From: Eledone cirrhosa | Taxonomy: Eukaryota | Direction of reading: 5' to 3' | Assembly (NCBI GenBank): GCA_964016885.1 | Contig: OZ024742.1 | Span: forward strand, 330,770,001 to 330,834,000 | DNA: 64,000 bases | Part shown: positions 1-13,851 of the stretch, piece after piece | Layout of the letters: every line of letters begins with the position of its first letter | Position numbering within the stretch: the first letter of the stretch is position 1 | The notes under the pieces: generated by a model | The model's input: only the letters and a program-made list of their open reading frames with translations | The model's database searches: none | Told to the model about the DNA's origin: nothing | Translations under genes and position numbers: made by a program

Positions 1-662
1 TTAATATTCTTGTAGATTGTGTTGTTAGTGTAGCCGTTCTTGCCGTGATAACGGCAGCTGCAGCCGGCGTGGTGTGATGTGTTGCGTTGTTACTAGTGTT
101 GTTGTTGTTATTGTTGTTAGGTTAGTTGATGTTTTCAGCACAACGACTGCTGTTATCGTTGAATGTGTTATTGGTGTTGTTCGTAGGTGAAGTGGTTAGC
201 CCGTCTCACTCAATGTTGTGAGATGCTGGGATAGATTGCCGGGGGCACGTTATAACATTGAACAATAACATTTATTTCATGTTGATCAAGACTTCTCAAC
301 AAAAATCACTTGTACCTTTATTTCAAAGGTCCGGCCTTGTGACACGTTACTTTATATAGAATGTCTCTGACGAGTACCTTAAGTGACACATTTCACGCGG
401 GATTACACCGTTGTTCAACAGTTAGAACAGACATCACTGTAACTGATGGAATTACAACTTGTAGGTGTTTAAGTATTTGGTTGTATAATAACCAATACTG
501 TAGTGTACTGCTGCTGTTTCATATTGTGTGTAGTTTCGTGTACATTCATATGTTTATACGGGTGTCGAGGAGCAGATTTACATTTGAGAAAAGGAATAAT
601 AAAAAGAAGCGCATATCGATTCTGGATGTGAATGCGTGTGTCTGTGTGTGTCTGTGGCAATT

Positions 663-670
663 TGTGTGTG

Positions 671-742
<72 letters not shown>

Positions 743-780
743 GGTGTGTCAAGGTGTGTGCCAGTGTGTGTGTGTGTGTG
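663..780. repeat. (TG)n microsatellite
   Basis: Directly visible. Confidence 0.95.
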
Positions 781-1485
781 TTTCTACATATATGTTAGCT
801 TTTTACAATATACCTCAATATTATTTGTTAATGGAAAGTTATTTACGGGGAGATGTGGGGTGATAGACTCCGAGGCTCGATAGTCACTGTAATGCATGTG
901 TACGTTGTGTAGGTTGTTAGTGTTAGTAGATGATTTTAGCTCCAAGAAAAAGTTGAATAATCATATTTAATGGTTAAACCATTCCAGCTATTACGAACCG
1001 ATTGATTTGTAATCTGTATCCGGGACTACGTTTCTCAAAGTATCTGATTTTTCCAAGACGACAGGGTACGATTTAAACAGTAATTACCTGCTATTTCTAG
1101 CAGTTCATGTGGTCAAAACAGAGGAAACTCCCACTTTAGTGTATTTAGACGATATAGTAGTGACGGTGGATAAATAAAATTTGTTAATGAGGTCCTAGAC
1201 GTTTCAATCATGAGGGGCTTATATTAGCTATTGCTGTTTAGACCTAGGGTAGACCCGATCAGGAGATGCTTGTAATATCATTATAACCAGAACACCCGCG
1301 CGCACACGCGCGCACGCGCGCGCACACACACACACACACACGCACACGCACACACACCACGCGCACACAGAAATTTACAAAGTTACGGCATCAACATATA
1401 TGATGATTATGTTTCTCAATAGAAGAGCTCTCACTCTCTCTCTCTCTGTATATATATATTTTTTTTTTTTAAATTTGCTTATACA

Positions 1486-1566
<81 letters not shown>

Positions 1567-3018
1567 GTGTGTGTATGTGTGTGTGCGCGTGTATCACTAA
1601 TTTATCGAAATTGTATAACGTTTTTTTAACTAGGAAATTCGATTCCAACCTCTCTGGAACTACCCATTATGTAAAACAATTTATTTAAAGTGTTCGCATT
1701 AAATTTAAACCTTCCATTAAGATTTTATGTGGAAACATTTCCTCTTAGGGTACTTTCCAGATACTGACTTAAGATTGTCAAAGTTAACTACATTACTTAA
1801 TTCTCCCATTGAAAATAATAATCAGTGTATTTATATAGGAATAAAGTAATGAAAGGATTAATTAAATAACTATGTTGGTATTTTAGGGAATATGACTGTT
1901 TATGTAGTCATTATTGTTGACATTAAGATTTTAGTTAATTTTGTTACTGTTTATATTGTGGCGGTAATGTATGTGGTAGTGCTAGCATTAGTGTTTGTGA
2001 TTGTGGTGATTATGATCGTGTTGTTGATCAGTTTGTCTTAGTTGCTGTTGGAGTGGTAGTCGTTGCGATTGTGAATATGGCGACAGAATTGGTGATCATG
2101 ATCGTGCTGATGATTTTGGTGGAGTTAATTTTTGTTCATATAACTTGCTCATGGCGTTGCTGTGGTTGTGGTGATGCTAATGAATGATGATGCTAATAAG
2201 TGATGATGCTAATGATGATGATGCTACTACTGGTGATGACGGCGAAGTTGATAATGCTGATAATGACAGGTATGAGTAGGATAACAACACGGAAGGCCAT
2301 TTATAATGATGATGATGAAAAGATGATGGTGTAGGATGAAGCGGACTATGATATTAGTGTTAGTGAAATCTTAAAAGTTCCATCTTTACCACTGAATTTT
2401 TTTTTTTCTTTTTCCAACAGGTCACTTTGATGTGTATGGTAGTTCCGGTCTCTAAGACTATTGGTGTTTTTAAAATTTATTTTTCATTTTGATGTTGTTT
2501 GTGTTGTTGATTTTATAATATTTACTGATGTTAAATTTGATACTGTTGTTGTTATTAGCAATAATTTTGGTTATTTTGGTTTAACACTTTAAACATATTT
2601 GCTTTTTAAGGATCTGACATATATTGTATAAGGATATAATTAGTATTAGTAACATTTTTAGAACAACTAGTGGTTATGGTAATTTTACAAGTAGCTTCGA
2701 CATGTGCGTGCAGGTTCATTATATATATATATATAAACACACACACACACACATAGACACAAACACACTTATACACATATACATATATTCATGTTTACAT
2801 GTGTGAACATTCGTTTGTATGCATTGTGTATGTATGCATATGAGTTTGTTTTTGAAATAGATAATAAATTTAAAAGACACTTGTATACAATGCTAACATG
2901 AAAAGCGGTGAGAAAAATACAGGAATAATTTACTTTCTTTTTTTCCTTTTTCGTAATATAAAATTCCATAAAATATGTATTTCACTTTAACTCGTATTTA
3001 ATAAATCAATATAGTATA

Positions 3019-3073
<55 letters not shown>

Positions 3074-3118
3074 AGAGATAGAGAGAGGAGAGGAAGAATA
3101 AGAGATAGTAGAAAAGTG

Positions 3119-3161
<43 letters not shown>

Positions 3162-4417
3162 GTTTGTATTTTCTTTACATTAAAACTATATATTATTGTA
3201 GTCGTTATGATATAAAGTATTTTTTCTTTCAATTATATATATAGAGATTTGTGTTTGTCTGCCGTTGGTGACAGATTTGTTATTTCCCTGTTTAAAAAAA
3301 AGGATAAAGAACTGTAAAAGTAAACACACCGATAAATTCCATTCTTCGAGTAAATAAATTGTAATCCGTTATTGTCACTTCTCATTCTCTCGCTTTATTT
3401 GTTCTCTATTTCAGTCTTCCATTTCTTTAATCACTTTTTTTTTTCCTATCTTACTTTGTCTTTCTACCTATCATTCGTCCTTTGAATCGTTTGTTCTTTC
3501 TTTCCTTCTTCCTTTCTTTCTCTCTGTCCAAGTATTGTTTGCTCTTTCTTACATCTGCTGTATATCCTTACTCAAACATATTTATATTCCGTACACAACC
3601 CGACCAAAATGACCTCTCAAGTTATGTTATCACAATCGACGCTGCGCAAAGCTTTTTCTTACACTACTTGTTTTAGAAAATCCATGTTGGAGAAATATAT
3701 TCACTCTCGGCTAGTCATAATTAGTGCGACTAGTCACGCCTACTTCCATCTCCCTCCTCTACTCTCACCTTCTCTACGCATCTATTTTGATTTTAACACT
3801 TCTACTATTTCACTATCCTCACTTTCATCTCTCAGTCTCTCAACCAACTTCTTTTTGTCTCTTTCTCACTATCGGTTTCTCTCTATCCTTCCCTCCGCCT
3901 TTCTTCCTTTCATTTCTTCCTAAACCTCCGTCCTTCTAATTTTTCTTCTGTCATTCCTTTCATTCAATTCTGTCTTTCTGTTATCTACTTTTCTTTCAAC
4001 CTCCTCGTCGCATCTCTATTCATTCTATGAAATATATCATTTCTTCCCTACTCGACTTTACCTGTAACACACCTTCTCCGTGTTTGCCAAAAAGAGGGTG
4101 ACTAGTAGGGATAGAAACAAACACTAATACAATCACACACATCCACATAAAAACAAAGCAAAAAAAAAACATTTAATTATTTTCGCGCACACATACACAT
4201 AAATTGTCATCCGCATATACATATACTACACAATTACAAACACACATACACAAATACACACAAGCAACCACACTCGTACAAGCAAGTACACAAACAGTTA
4301 CTCACAATAAGATTCAAAAACAAACACACCATTTCCATTCACTCTCAACTACACATAAACACATTTACACACAAAAAGAACACACTCACTATCAGAAATA
4401 AATATACAGAATCATTA

Positions 4418-4593
4418 GGTGAATTTGCAGTATCGGTAGAGGCTTTGACGCATAGAATACGGCCTTTGCCATTCTGAGTTCGAATCCCGCCGAGGTTAAC
4501 TTTGCCTTTCATCCTTACGGAGTCGATAAAATAAAGTACCAGTAATACACTGGTTAATTTGCTGGCCTTGTGCCAAAAAGTAGAAACAATTAT
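4418..4593 (+). mobile_element. tRNA-derived SINE
   Basis: A-box-like TTGCAGTATCGG, B-box GAGTTCGAATCC, core CTTTGCCTTTCATCCTTACGG.GTCGATAAAAT, end GTAGAAACAATTAT. Confidence 0.8.
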
Positions 4594-5101
4594 ATGCTAT
4601 CACTACAGTTTACTAGCTTCTCTGAACCAGAACTAACTTCATCGCCACCGCCTGTACTACCAATACATTTTCTAGCTACATATTACACGGCACATCACAG
4701 TCCACGCAGCACAACCAGTAACCGAGTAATCAATCCACCGCCACCATTAGCAGCACCACCACCATCAACATCAACAAGGACCCCGCCATCACGACGACCA
4801 TAACTAACACCAACATTACCAACGCCACAAATATCACACGTGCCACCAACGCGTCCACCTCTACCATACCCACTAGCAACACCACCACTTTAAATATATA
4901 TTTCAGCCCCACGTCATAACTCGCAGTTACTACACCCTCTGAACTCCAAGCAGCTATACTACCCCTCACCATTGCCACAGCAACCACTCCAAACACATAT
5001 TCCAGTATTACCAACATATCCCATACCCAGCCCTATTACTTTCTTTGATTTATACTTTTGGCGATATTTAATACGCACATATGATTTTTTGTGTCTAACT
5101 G

Positions 5102-5134
<33 letters not shown>

Positions 5135-5313
5135 GAACGCACGCATACACGCTCGCGCACACACATATATATATGTATATATATATATGTATATATATAT
5201 GTATATATATGTATATATATATATGTATATATATATGTATATATATATGTATATATATATGTATATATATAGTATATATATATGTATATATATAGTATAT
5301 ATGTATATATGTA

Positions 5314-5380
<67 letters not shown>

Positions 5381-5476
5381 ATATAAATATATATATGTAT
5401 ATATGTATATATATATATATATATAAAATATTAAACAAATAATGAACAAACAATTCCTTATATTAAACAAAAAAAG

Positions 5477-5631
5477 TTCACTATTTAACGATCGTTTCTA
5501 GGGCATATATGTGCTATAATTGGTATGCATATTTAACAGATCTATGTACAAAATTATACAAAATTATACAAATTATCAAGATTAAATATACATACCTAAC
5601 TCATATATACGCCGTCTTCAGAAATAATGAA
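5477..5631 (-). ncRNA. Type I hammerhead ribozyme (Naiad unit 1)
   Basis: Minus strand reads UUCAUUAUUU-CUGAAGA-C-GGCGUAUAU...AUAUAUGCC-CUA-GAAA-CGAUC-GUU-AAAUAGUGAA: 10-bp stem I, stem II, palindromic stem III. Confidence 0.75.
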
Positions 5632-6399
5632 GTATATTTATTGATAATAACAACAATTCAAAATATCAGTTCAAAATTGACCAATGAAAACACAAAGGGT
5701 TAAAAAGCAGTTTGGTGTGTGTATATACATGTAAAACCCTACACACATTTTACAATAATGTGTGTATAATATGTATGTGCATACTAAAAAGATGGATGCA
5801 AATAAAAAATTTCAAGGTTAATATCTCTGTAAGCTTAATGCGCTGATAAGATACGCAATGATACTTATGTAGTCAAGCATATAAATATATTTTTTTCATA
5901 CTCACACATATCAGTATAATCACACATACATGTGCGTATATATATAAATATACACATAACCACGAACACACAAACACACACACACCCCCCACTCACATTT
6001 ATATATGTGGATATAAAATCATAAGCAAATAGAAATTAAGTCACTCACATAAACACACTGGTACACACATTTCAAGATCAAGATACAGAAATTAGGTGGG
6101 AGGGGGGGGGGAGGGGTCAGTATTAGGTTGTCAGACCAGACAGCCTAATATAAATGTATCTATAAATTATGAAAAATAAAAAAATAAAAACAATAAAATA
6201 TATTACATAATATAATGTACATACGCATACAGATATACATACACATACGTACATGTACGCACACATAGAGATATCTACACATACATACATACACACATAC
6301 CTATACTGTCCTACACACACATACATTTACACGAACATACACATACACATATAAAAAGATAAAAATACGGACACACACACGCGCAACACATACACACAT

Positions 6400-6444
<45 letters not shown>

Positions 6445-6554
6445 TATACACACACACACATAGACTCATATATATATACATACACATACATATACTTATA
6501 CATAAACATATATATCCCACACTCATACCACCATGAAAACACATACAAACATCC

Positions 6555-6604
<50 letters not shown>

Positions 6605-6701
6605 ATACACACACGTACACATATATGCATATATACGTACACATATACACACATACACATATATATATATATACACACACACATAAAATACAGACATGCA
6701 C

Positions 6702-6732
<31 letters not shown>

Positions 6733-6831
6733 CATTTCATTACCCTTATATATACACATAGTATATATACATACACAACCTCACTTATACACATATACAC
6801 ATAAGTTATATTACAATAATAATAAAGAATA

Positions 6832-6862
<31 letters not shown>

Positions 6863-7001
6863 TATACACACATATACACATATACATACATACACATACA
6901 TATACATACATACATACACATACATACATACACCTAAATATAAACATATATAAATACACACATACGAATAAAGACATATATTCACACATAGACACCTATA
7001 T

Positions 7002-7040
<39 letters not shown>

Positions 7041-7589
7041 TATCTATATACACACACATACACATACATACACATATATATAAATATATACACATATATA
7101 CACACGCACACACATACAGACGCACATACACACTCACATATATATATATATATATATATATATGTGTATGTGAGTGTGCGCAAATACATACATATATATA
7201 CACACACACACATACAAACACACACAAACACATACATATGCATACATGCACACACACACACATATATCACATAGATACGAAGATAAACATATAAATAGAG
7301 AGACATACAAATATATACAGAACCCATATACACATACATGCAAACACGCATATACATATATACATATATACACACATATATATTCCCATATACAAGCATA
7401 CACATACGCACACATATATACATATACCTACACATATATATACACCACACATTCACATACACGTACATATATAATACATATATATACATACATATACATA
7501 CATATGTATGTACAATCATATATACACACTCAATCTTACATTCATATTTACATGCTCATATATGTATTTTTATATCTAGAAATAAATAC

Positions 7590-7640
<51 letters not shown>

Positions 7641-8902
7641 ATATAGACACCCATCTACCCATATATTCATACATATACACTTACAAAAACAGATGATAAT
7701 AGTATGGGGGAAAGGGGGGGGTTTGGAGAAGGGGATCAAAGTAAATATATGTTTCAAGAAACCTATAATATTTTCCATATCTTAATTCAATGTATGTTCT
7801 TACATATTTTCAATGCTAGGAAATACGAAATCTTTGCATCACAAAATAAAAAAGTATACCATTAATCATATGTCAACTAAACCAAAGATAGTCAACATAT
7901 TGATTTCCAAGGTGTAAATTAGTTAGGTTTATAATATTTGAAGCAGAATTATGAAGTCAAACAGTAGTAGATTATTAATTACATTATAACTAAATTAAAG
8001 TTAATAATAGGGAAAAGAAACCCAAATAAAAATAAAATAAAGTATTACATCGGTAGTAGCATATAAATTATATGTAAACTAAGTTAAAAATTATATATTT
8101 ATTTCAATAGTATATGTTAATTAGTATATGTTAATTAGGTATACAATACATAAAGCAGATATTGTATTTCATCAATAGCATAATATAAATATATGCAAAT
8201 AAAAATCAAAATTAATACGCATACACATACATATACATACACATACACATACATATACATATACATACACATATATATATATATATATACATATATATAC
8301 ACACGTACATACATATATAGTCACATAAATATACATACAGATATACATACAATACACACATATACATATACATATAGATATACATATCTTTTTCAAAAAA
8401 TTTGCACAGAATATATTAACTAGGTATATATCCAAAAACACCTCCCATTCTATGATTACATGAAATTCTGCAATTCGTCTGTACAAGGATACTAATTTTA
8501 AGCAAATTAAAATTAAAATTAAAGTTTTAGGTTGATTAAAGCTAAAACCAAATAATAAATATATTTCCAAAATATATATTAATTAGGTCAATAATACTAA
8601 AAATTCTTTCTCCGTCATAGGATACATGATATTATTTTGTTATATTTTATCTGTAAAAGAATTATAATAAAAAAAATTTTATAATAAAAGGTTAAACTAA
8701 ATTAAAAAATTATAATAAAAGGTTAAAATAAGTTAAAATTAATCTATAAATTAAATTACTGAATATATATTATTAGTAATATTTAAAGGTTTTTCAAAAT
8801 TAATGATTACATAATATTTTCTCATCTGTAATAAAATATTAATTAAATTAAATTTATAGGTTAACTAACATTTAAATTAAATTAAATTCTAGAATAATGT
8901 TA

Positions 8903-11344
8903 TTAATTAGGTTTATAATATTTAAATGTTTTTTTTAGTTTATGATTACATGATATAATTAATTCCTGTCTTTTATTTAATAAGATATCCCTAGACTTCA
9001 TTATTTCAAATAGTTCTTGGGAACATAATCTACATTCCTTTCTATTATTTTGATAAGGGGTGGCTCTTTTGAGCACACTCCAGGTCAAATCATATTTTAT
9101 ATTTTTATTTTTATAACTATTGATTTTTTCTGCTAGAGATGTTGTATTAGCCAGTGCGGCATTTTTAAAGCTATGTTTGTGGGTATTATACCTTGTCTTA
9201 AAATTGTTAGAGGTAGCTCCTATATATGAGCAAATAGAATCTTTAGTTTTAACATTACATTTATAGACTATGTTGTTAACAAGACAATTCCCTTTTAATG
9301 GGCAGTTTGTTTTGTTTCTACAGTTACATCCTTTCGTTAATTCTGTATTTGAGGAGATATTATTGTTAATTTGATGTACTGGTGGTATACTTATAGTTTT
9401 CTTACATTTATATGCATTATATGCACTTATATTTTGTTTTATGTTATTTGTTGTAGAATATGAGAATTTAACTGTAGACCTATTTAAGATTTGATGGTAT
9501 TTGTGGTTTGGCGGGAAGTTTTTCTCAAGGATATAAAAAAATTTTTTAGCAATATTATCCTTAACTTGTAAATTAAAAGGAGCATTATACCAAGTAACTC
9601 GTCTATTACGGTTTCTATGTTGTTTATTATTTTTATTATTTTTATATGTTGTATCATGATTTTTACTAGGAGGAATAATGTTAATGATCTCACCACAACT
9701 ATTTTTAGTTATATTTGTAGATTTAGGTGTTTTATCTTTTTTATTAGGAGTTTTATTATTAATATTTATTATAGTCTTATGATGAGTAGTTTTTTGAGGG
9801 TTACTATACTTTATATTAGAAGATTTAGTATTTTGGGGTATACTGTGGGTGGCATTTAGGTGTGTACCTTTCATTTGGTGTTTGTTGGTAATATTATGCT
9901 GTATGTTTTCAGTATTTTTAGTAGAAGTTATATACTCTAATCTATTTTTGTGGCCACTTCTATCTAGAGCTTCATTATAAAAGGTCGCATTTTTATCAAA
10001 TACATCTTGGTTAGAAGAAAGGTTAGAAATTCTAAGTGATATATTATATGCAAGGTTTTTAAGGATAGATTTAGGGTGATTAGATTGTGAGTGTATGTAA
10101 TGTAAGTTTTGGTTAGGTTTATGGTAAGGTTGGTATATACCCGTAGCTAAATCTAAAGTTATATCTAGGAAATTTACTACTTTACTTGTTTTTTCAAAAG
10201 TAATATTAAGATTATAATAGTCCTTAAGGAAAGTTCTAATATGCTTTTTGTTTTTTTCGATTTCTGAAAGGCTAAGGTTGTTAGAAAGAAGAAGACAGTC
10301 ATCACGATATAAACCACCTTTGAGGTGGGGAAAAGAGGCATTTATGTTGAAAAGGAGAAAGAGGCCCACAAGATCAGTAATTTGGGCAGAATCGCTTGAA
10401 CCCATAGTAATATCAAAAAGATTACTATAAGTGTTTCTGGTCCAGTATTCATTCTGAAATTCAATAAGTGTTTGTCTAGCATGTGTAATAATGTTAATGT
10501 CATCCGAAGTTAAATTAGATCTATTTTTAGCAAATATTAATGCTTTGTTCAGGAGTATGGGTGATATAGAAGAATAATAGTTATCTATATCAAACTGTAG
10601 GAAAGAAGCAGAAGATTTACACCTAATATTTTTAAACCAATTAATTACCTGGGAGGTGTTTTCCCAGAGTGGTAAAATAACGTATTTTCTTATTTGTGGG
10701 ATGACTCTATCTAAAATTTTTTTGCTAATTATTCCAATATCTGATTTGGAGGGACATATAAGTCTAATAGAAGGATTAGAGTTAAAGTTAGATTTGTGAT
10801 CTTTCAGGTTAAAGTGTGGACTTCTCAATGCCAAAGGTTCAGTTCTATCTTCAATATTTAGTTTTTTTACTATGTTGTGTGTTTTGTTGTTGATGTTGGT
10901 GAGTGACGCATTATTAGATTTTTTATAACTTTTTCTGAGTTCTTTATATATGAACTCATTATAATGTTCAATATCCATATGATACAAGTTACCAGTTTTG
11001 TCCGAGTGGACATGGATTTTTTTAGACTTTTTTAGGTCCAATAGGGTAGAATCAAGGTCCTTTTGAAAGACGGATTTATACTTTTTAAATTTGAGATGTT
11101 TAATTAAATTAAAAAGGTCTTTCTCGAAGTCTTCAAGTAAAAAGTTGTGTGGTGGATTCTTGTAAGTGTTGAAATCATACATATATTTCCGATCTGCTTG
11201 TTTAGATTTTCTATCAAAGTGGTAGGCTCTCCATCTAACCCTTCTGATAAAATTATTAGTTTTCTGAATCATAAGGAGTAAGAAGTCGTCCTTAGAAGGT
11301 ATTGGTATGTTTTTTAAGGAGGTTCCTAAATATTGTTTTTCCAT
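8903..11344 (-). CDS. Penelope-like (Naiad-type) reverse transcriptase + GIY-YIG endonuclease, intact, ~813 aa from the first ATG
   Basis: N-terminal SLKNIPIP. RT motifs FDIDNYYSSI, MGS, YRDD, NFLDITLDL, SNHP. RNRRVTWYNAPF linker. CNC..CPLKGNC, IVY..YIG (GIY-YIG), C-terminal CRLC..E and LNKRQE..SCNH. First ATG at 11344; the ORF track starts at an upstream TTG. Confidence 0.93.
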   Translation of the reverse strand: MEKQYLGTSLKNIPIPSKDDFLLLMIQKTNNFIRRVRWRAYHFDRKSKQADRKYMYDFNTYKNPPHNFLLEDFEKDLFNLIKHLKFKKYKSVFQKDLDSTLLDLKKSKKIHVHSDKTGNLYHMDIEHYNEFIYKELRKSYKKSNNASLTNINNKTHNIVKKLNIEDRTEPLALRSPHFNLKDHKSNFNSNPSIRLICPSKSDIGIISKKILDRVIPQIRKYVILPLWENTSQVINWFKNIRCKSSASFLQFDIDNYYSSISPILLNKALIFAKNRSNLTSDDINIITHARQTLIEFQNEYWTRNTYSNLFDITMGSSDSAQITDLVGLFLLFNINASFPHLKGGLYRDDCLLLSNNLSLSEIEKNKKHIRTFLKDYYNLNITFEKTSKVVNFLDITLDLATGIYQPYHKPNQNLHYIHSQSNHPKSILKNLAYNISLRISNLSSNQDVFDKNATFYNEALDRSGHKNRLEYITSTKNTENIQHNITNKHQMKGTHLNATHSIPQNTKSSNIKYSNPQKTTHHKTIININNKTPNKKDKTPKSTNITKNSCGEIINIIPPSKNHDTTYKNNKNNKQHRNRNRRVTWYNAPFNLQVKDNIAKKFFYILEKNFPPNHKYHQILNRSTVKFSYSTTNNIKQNISAYNAYKCKKTISIPPVHQINNNISSNTELTKGCNCRNKTNCPLKGNCLVNNIVYKCNVKTKDSICSYIGATSNNFKTRYNTHKHSFKNAALANTTSLAEKINSYKNKNIKYDLTWSVLKRATPYQNNRKECRLCSQELFEIMKSRDILLNKRQELIISCNHKLKKTFKYYKPN

Positions 11345-11687
11345 TGTGATATGGATGATGGACAATTGAAAGAGCTCAACTAAATGTATATGGGTTTACA
11401 AAATCATACATATATATATGTATATACATAAATATAAAATTAATACACACATACAGTACAAAAATACGAATATTTCCGTGAAAATAGGAGCAAAATTATG
11501 TAGATAAATCTACCAAGAGTTTACGGTAGTGTCCAATCCGTATGAAGAACTCAATGTATTCCGGATATCATGGAAAGAAGAGATGTAATGAAAATCCAAT
11601 TTCGGTGAAAGATAAACGGTATACAGAGTCAAGATAAAATATTAAACAAATAATGAACAAACAATTCCTTATATTAAACAAAAAAAG

Positions 11688-11842
11688 TTCACTATTTAAC
11701 GATCGTTTCTAGGGCATATATGTGCTATAATTGGTATGCATATTTAACAGATCTATGTACAAAATTATACAAAATTATACAAATTATCAAGATTAAATAT
11801 ACATACCTAACTCATATATACGCCGTCTTCAGAAATAATGAA
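11688..11842 (-). ncRNA. Type I hammerhead ribozyme (Naiad unit 2)
   Basis: Same sequence as 5477-5631; lies ~340 nt upstream of the next ORF's ATG. Confidence 0.75.
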
Positions 11843-12610
11843 GTATATTTATTGATAATAACAACAATTCAAAATATCAGTTCAAAATTGACCAATGAAA
11901 ACACAAAGGGTTAAAAAGCAGTTTAGTGTGTGTATATACATGTAAAACCCTACACACATTTTACAATAATGTGTGTATAATATGTATGTGCATACTAAAA
12001 AGATGGATGCAAATAAAAAATTTCAAGGTTAATATCTCTGTAAGCTTAATGCGCTGATAAGATACGCAATGATACTTATGTAGTCAAGCATATAAATATA
12101 TTTTTTTCATACTCACACATATCAGTATAATCACACATACATGTGCGTATATATATAAATATACACATAACCACGAACACACAAACACACACACACCCCC
12201 CACTCACATTTATATATGTGGATATAAAATCATAAGCAAATAGAAATTAAGTCACTCACATAAACACACTGGTACACACATTTCAAGATCAAGATACAGA
12301 AATTAGGTGGGAGGGGGGGGGGAGGGGTCAGTATTAGGTTGTCAGACCAGACAGCCTAATATAAATGTATCTATAAATTATGAAAAATAAAAAAATAAAA
12401 ACAATAAAATATATTACATAATATAATGTACATACGCATACAGATATACATACACATACGTACATGTACGCACACATAGAGATATCTACACATACATACA
12501 TACACACATACCTATACTGTCCTACACACACATACATTTACACGAACATACACATACACATATAAAAAGATAAAAATACGGACACACACACGCGCAACAC
12601 ATACACACAT

Positions 12611-12655
<45 letters not shown>

Positions 12656-12765
12656 TATACACACACACACATAGACTCATATATATATACATACACATAC
12701 ATATACTTATACATAAACATATATATCCCACACTCATACCACCATGAAAACACATACAAACATCC

Positions 12766-12817
<52 letters not shown>

Positions 12818-12914
12818 ATACACACACGTACACATATATGCATATATACGTACACATATACACACATACACATATATATATATATACACACACACATAAA
12901 ATACAGACATGCAC

Positions 12915-12945
<31 letters not shown>

Positions 12946-13044
12946 CATTTCATTACCCTTATATATACACATAGTATATATACATACACAACCTCACTTA
13001 TACACATATACACATAAGTTATATTACAATAATAATAAAGAATA

Positions 13045-13075
<31 letters not shown>

Positions 13076-13214
13076 TATACACACATATACACATATACAT
13101 ACATACACATACATATACATACATACATACACATACATACATACACCTAAATATAAACATATATAAATACACACATACGAATAAAGACATATATTCACAC
13201 ATAGACACCTATAT

Positions 13215-13253
<39 letters not shown>

Positions 13254-13802
13254 TATCTATATACACACACATACACATACATACACATATATATAAATAT
13301 ATACACATATATACACACGCACACACATACAGACGCACATACACACTCACATATATATATATATATATATATATATGTGTATGTGAGTGTGCGCAAATAC
13401 ATACATATATATACACACACACACATACAAACACACACAAACACATACATATGCATACATGCACACACACACACATATATCACATAGATACGAAGATAAA
13501 CATATAAATAGAGAGACATACAAATATATACAGAACCCATATACACATACATGCAAACACGCATATACATATATACATATATACACACATATATATTCCC
13601 ATATACAAGCATACACATACGCACACATATATACATATACCTACACATATATATACACCACACATTCACATACACGTACATATATAATACATATATATAC
13701 ATACATATACATACATATGTATGTACAATCATATATACACACTCAATCTTACATTCATATTTACATGCTCATATATGTATTTTTATATCTAGAAATAAAT
13801 AC

Positions 13803-13851
<49 letters not shown>

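Noticed and set aside
170-460. Old SINE-like sequence (similar impression at ~60650-61020)
   Set aside because: Promoter boxes are too degenerate to call from inspection.
4418-4593. tRNA gene
   Set aside because: A/B boxes are present but there is no cloverleaf, and it continues into a repeated SINE body.
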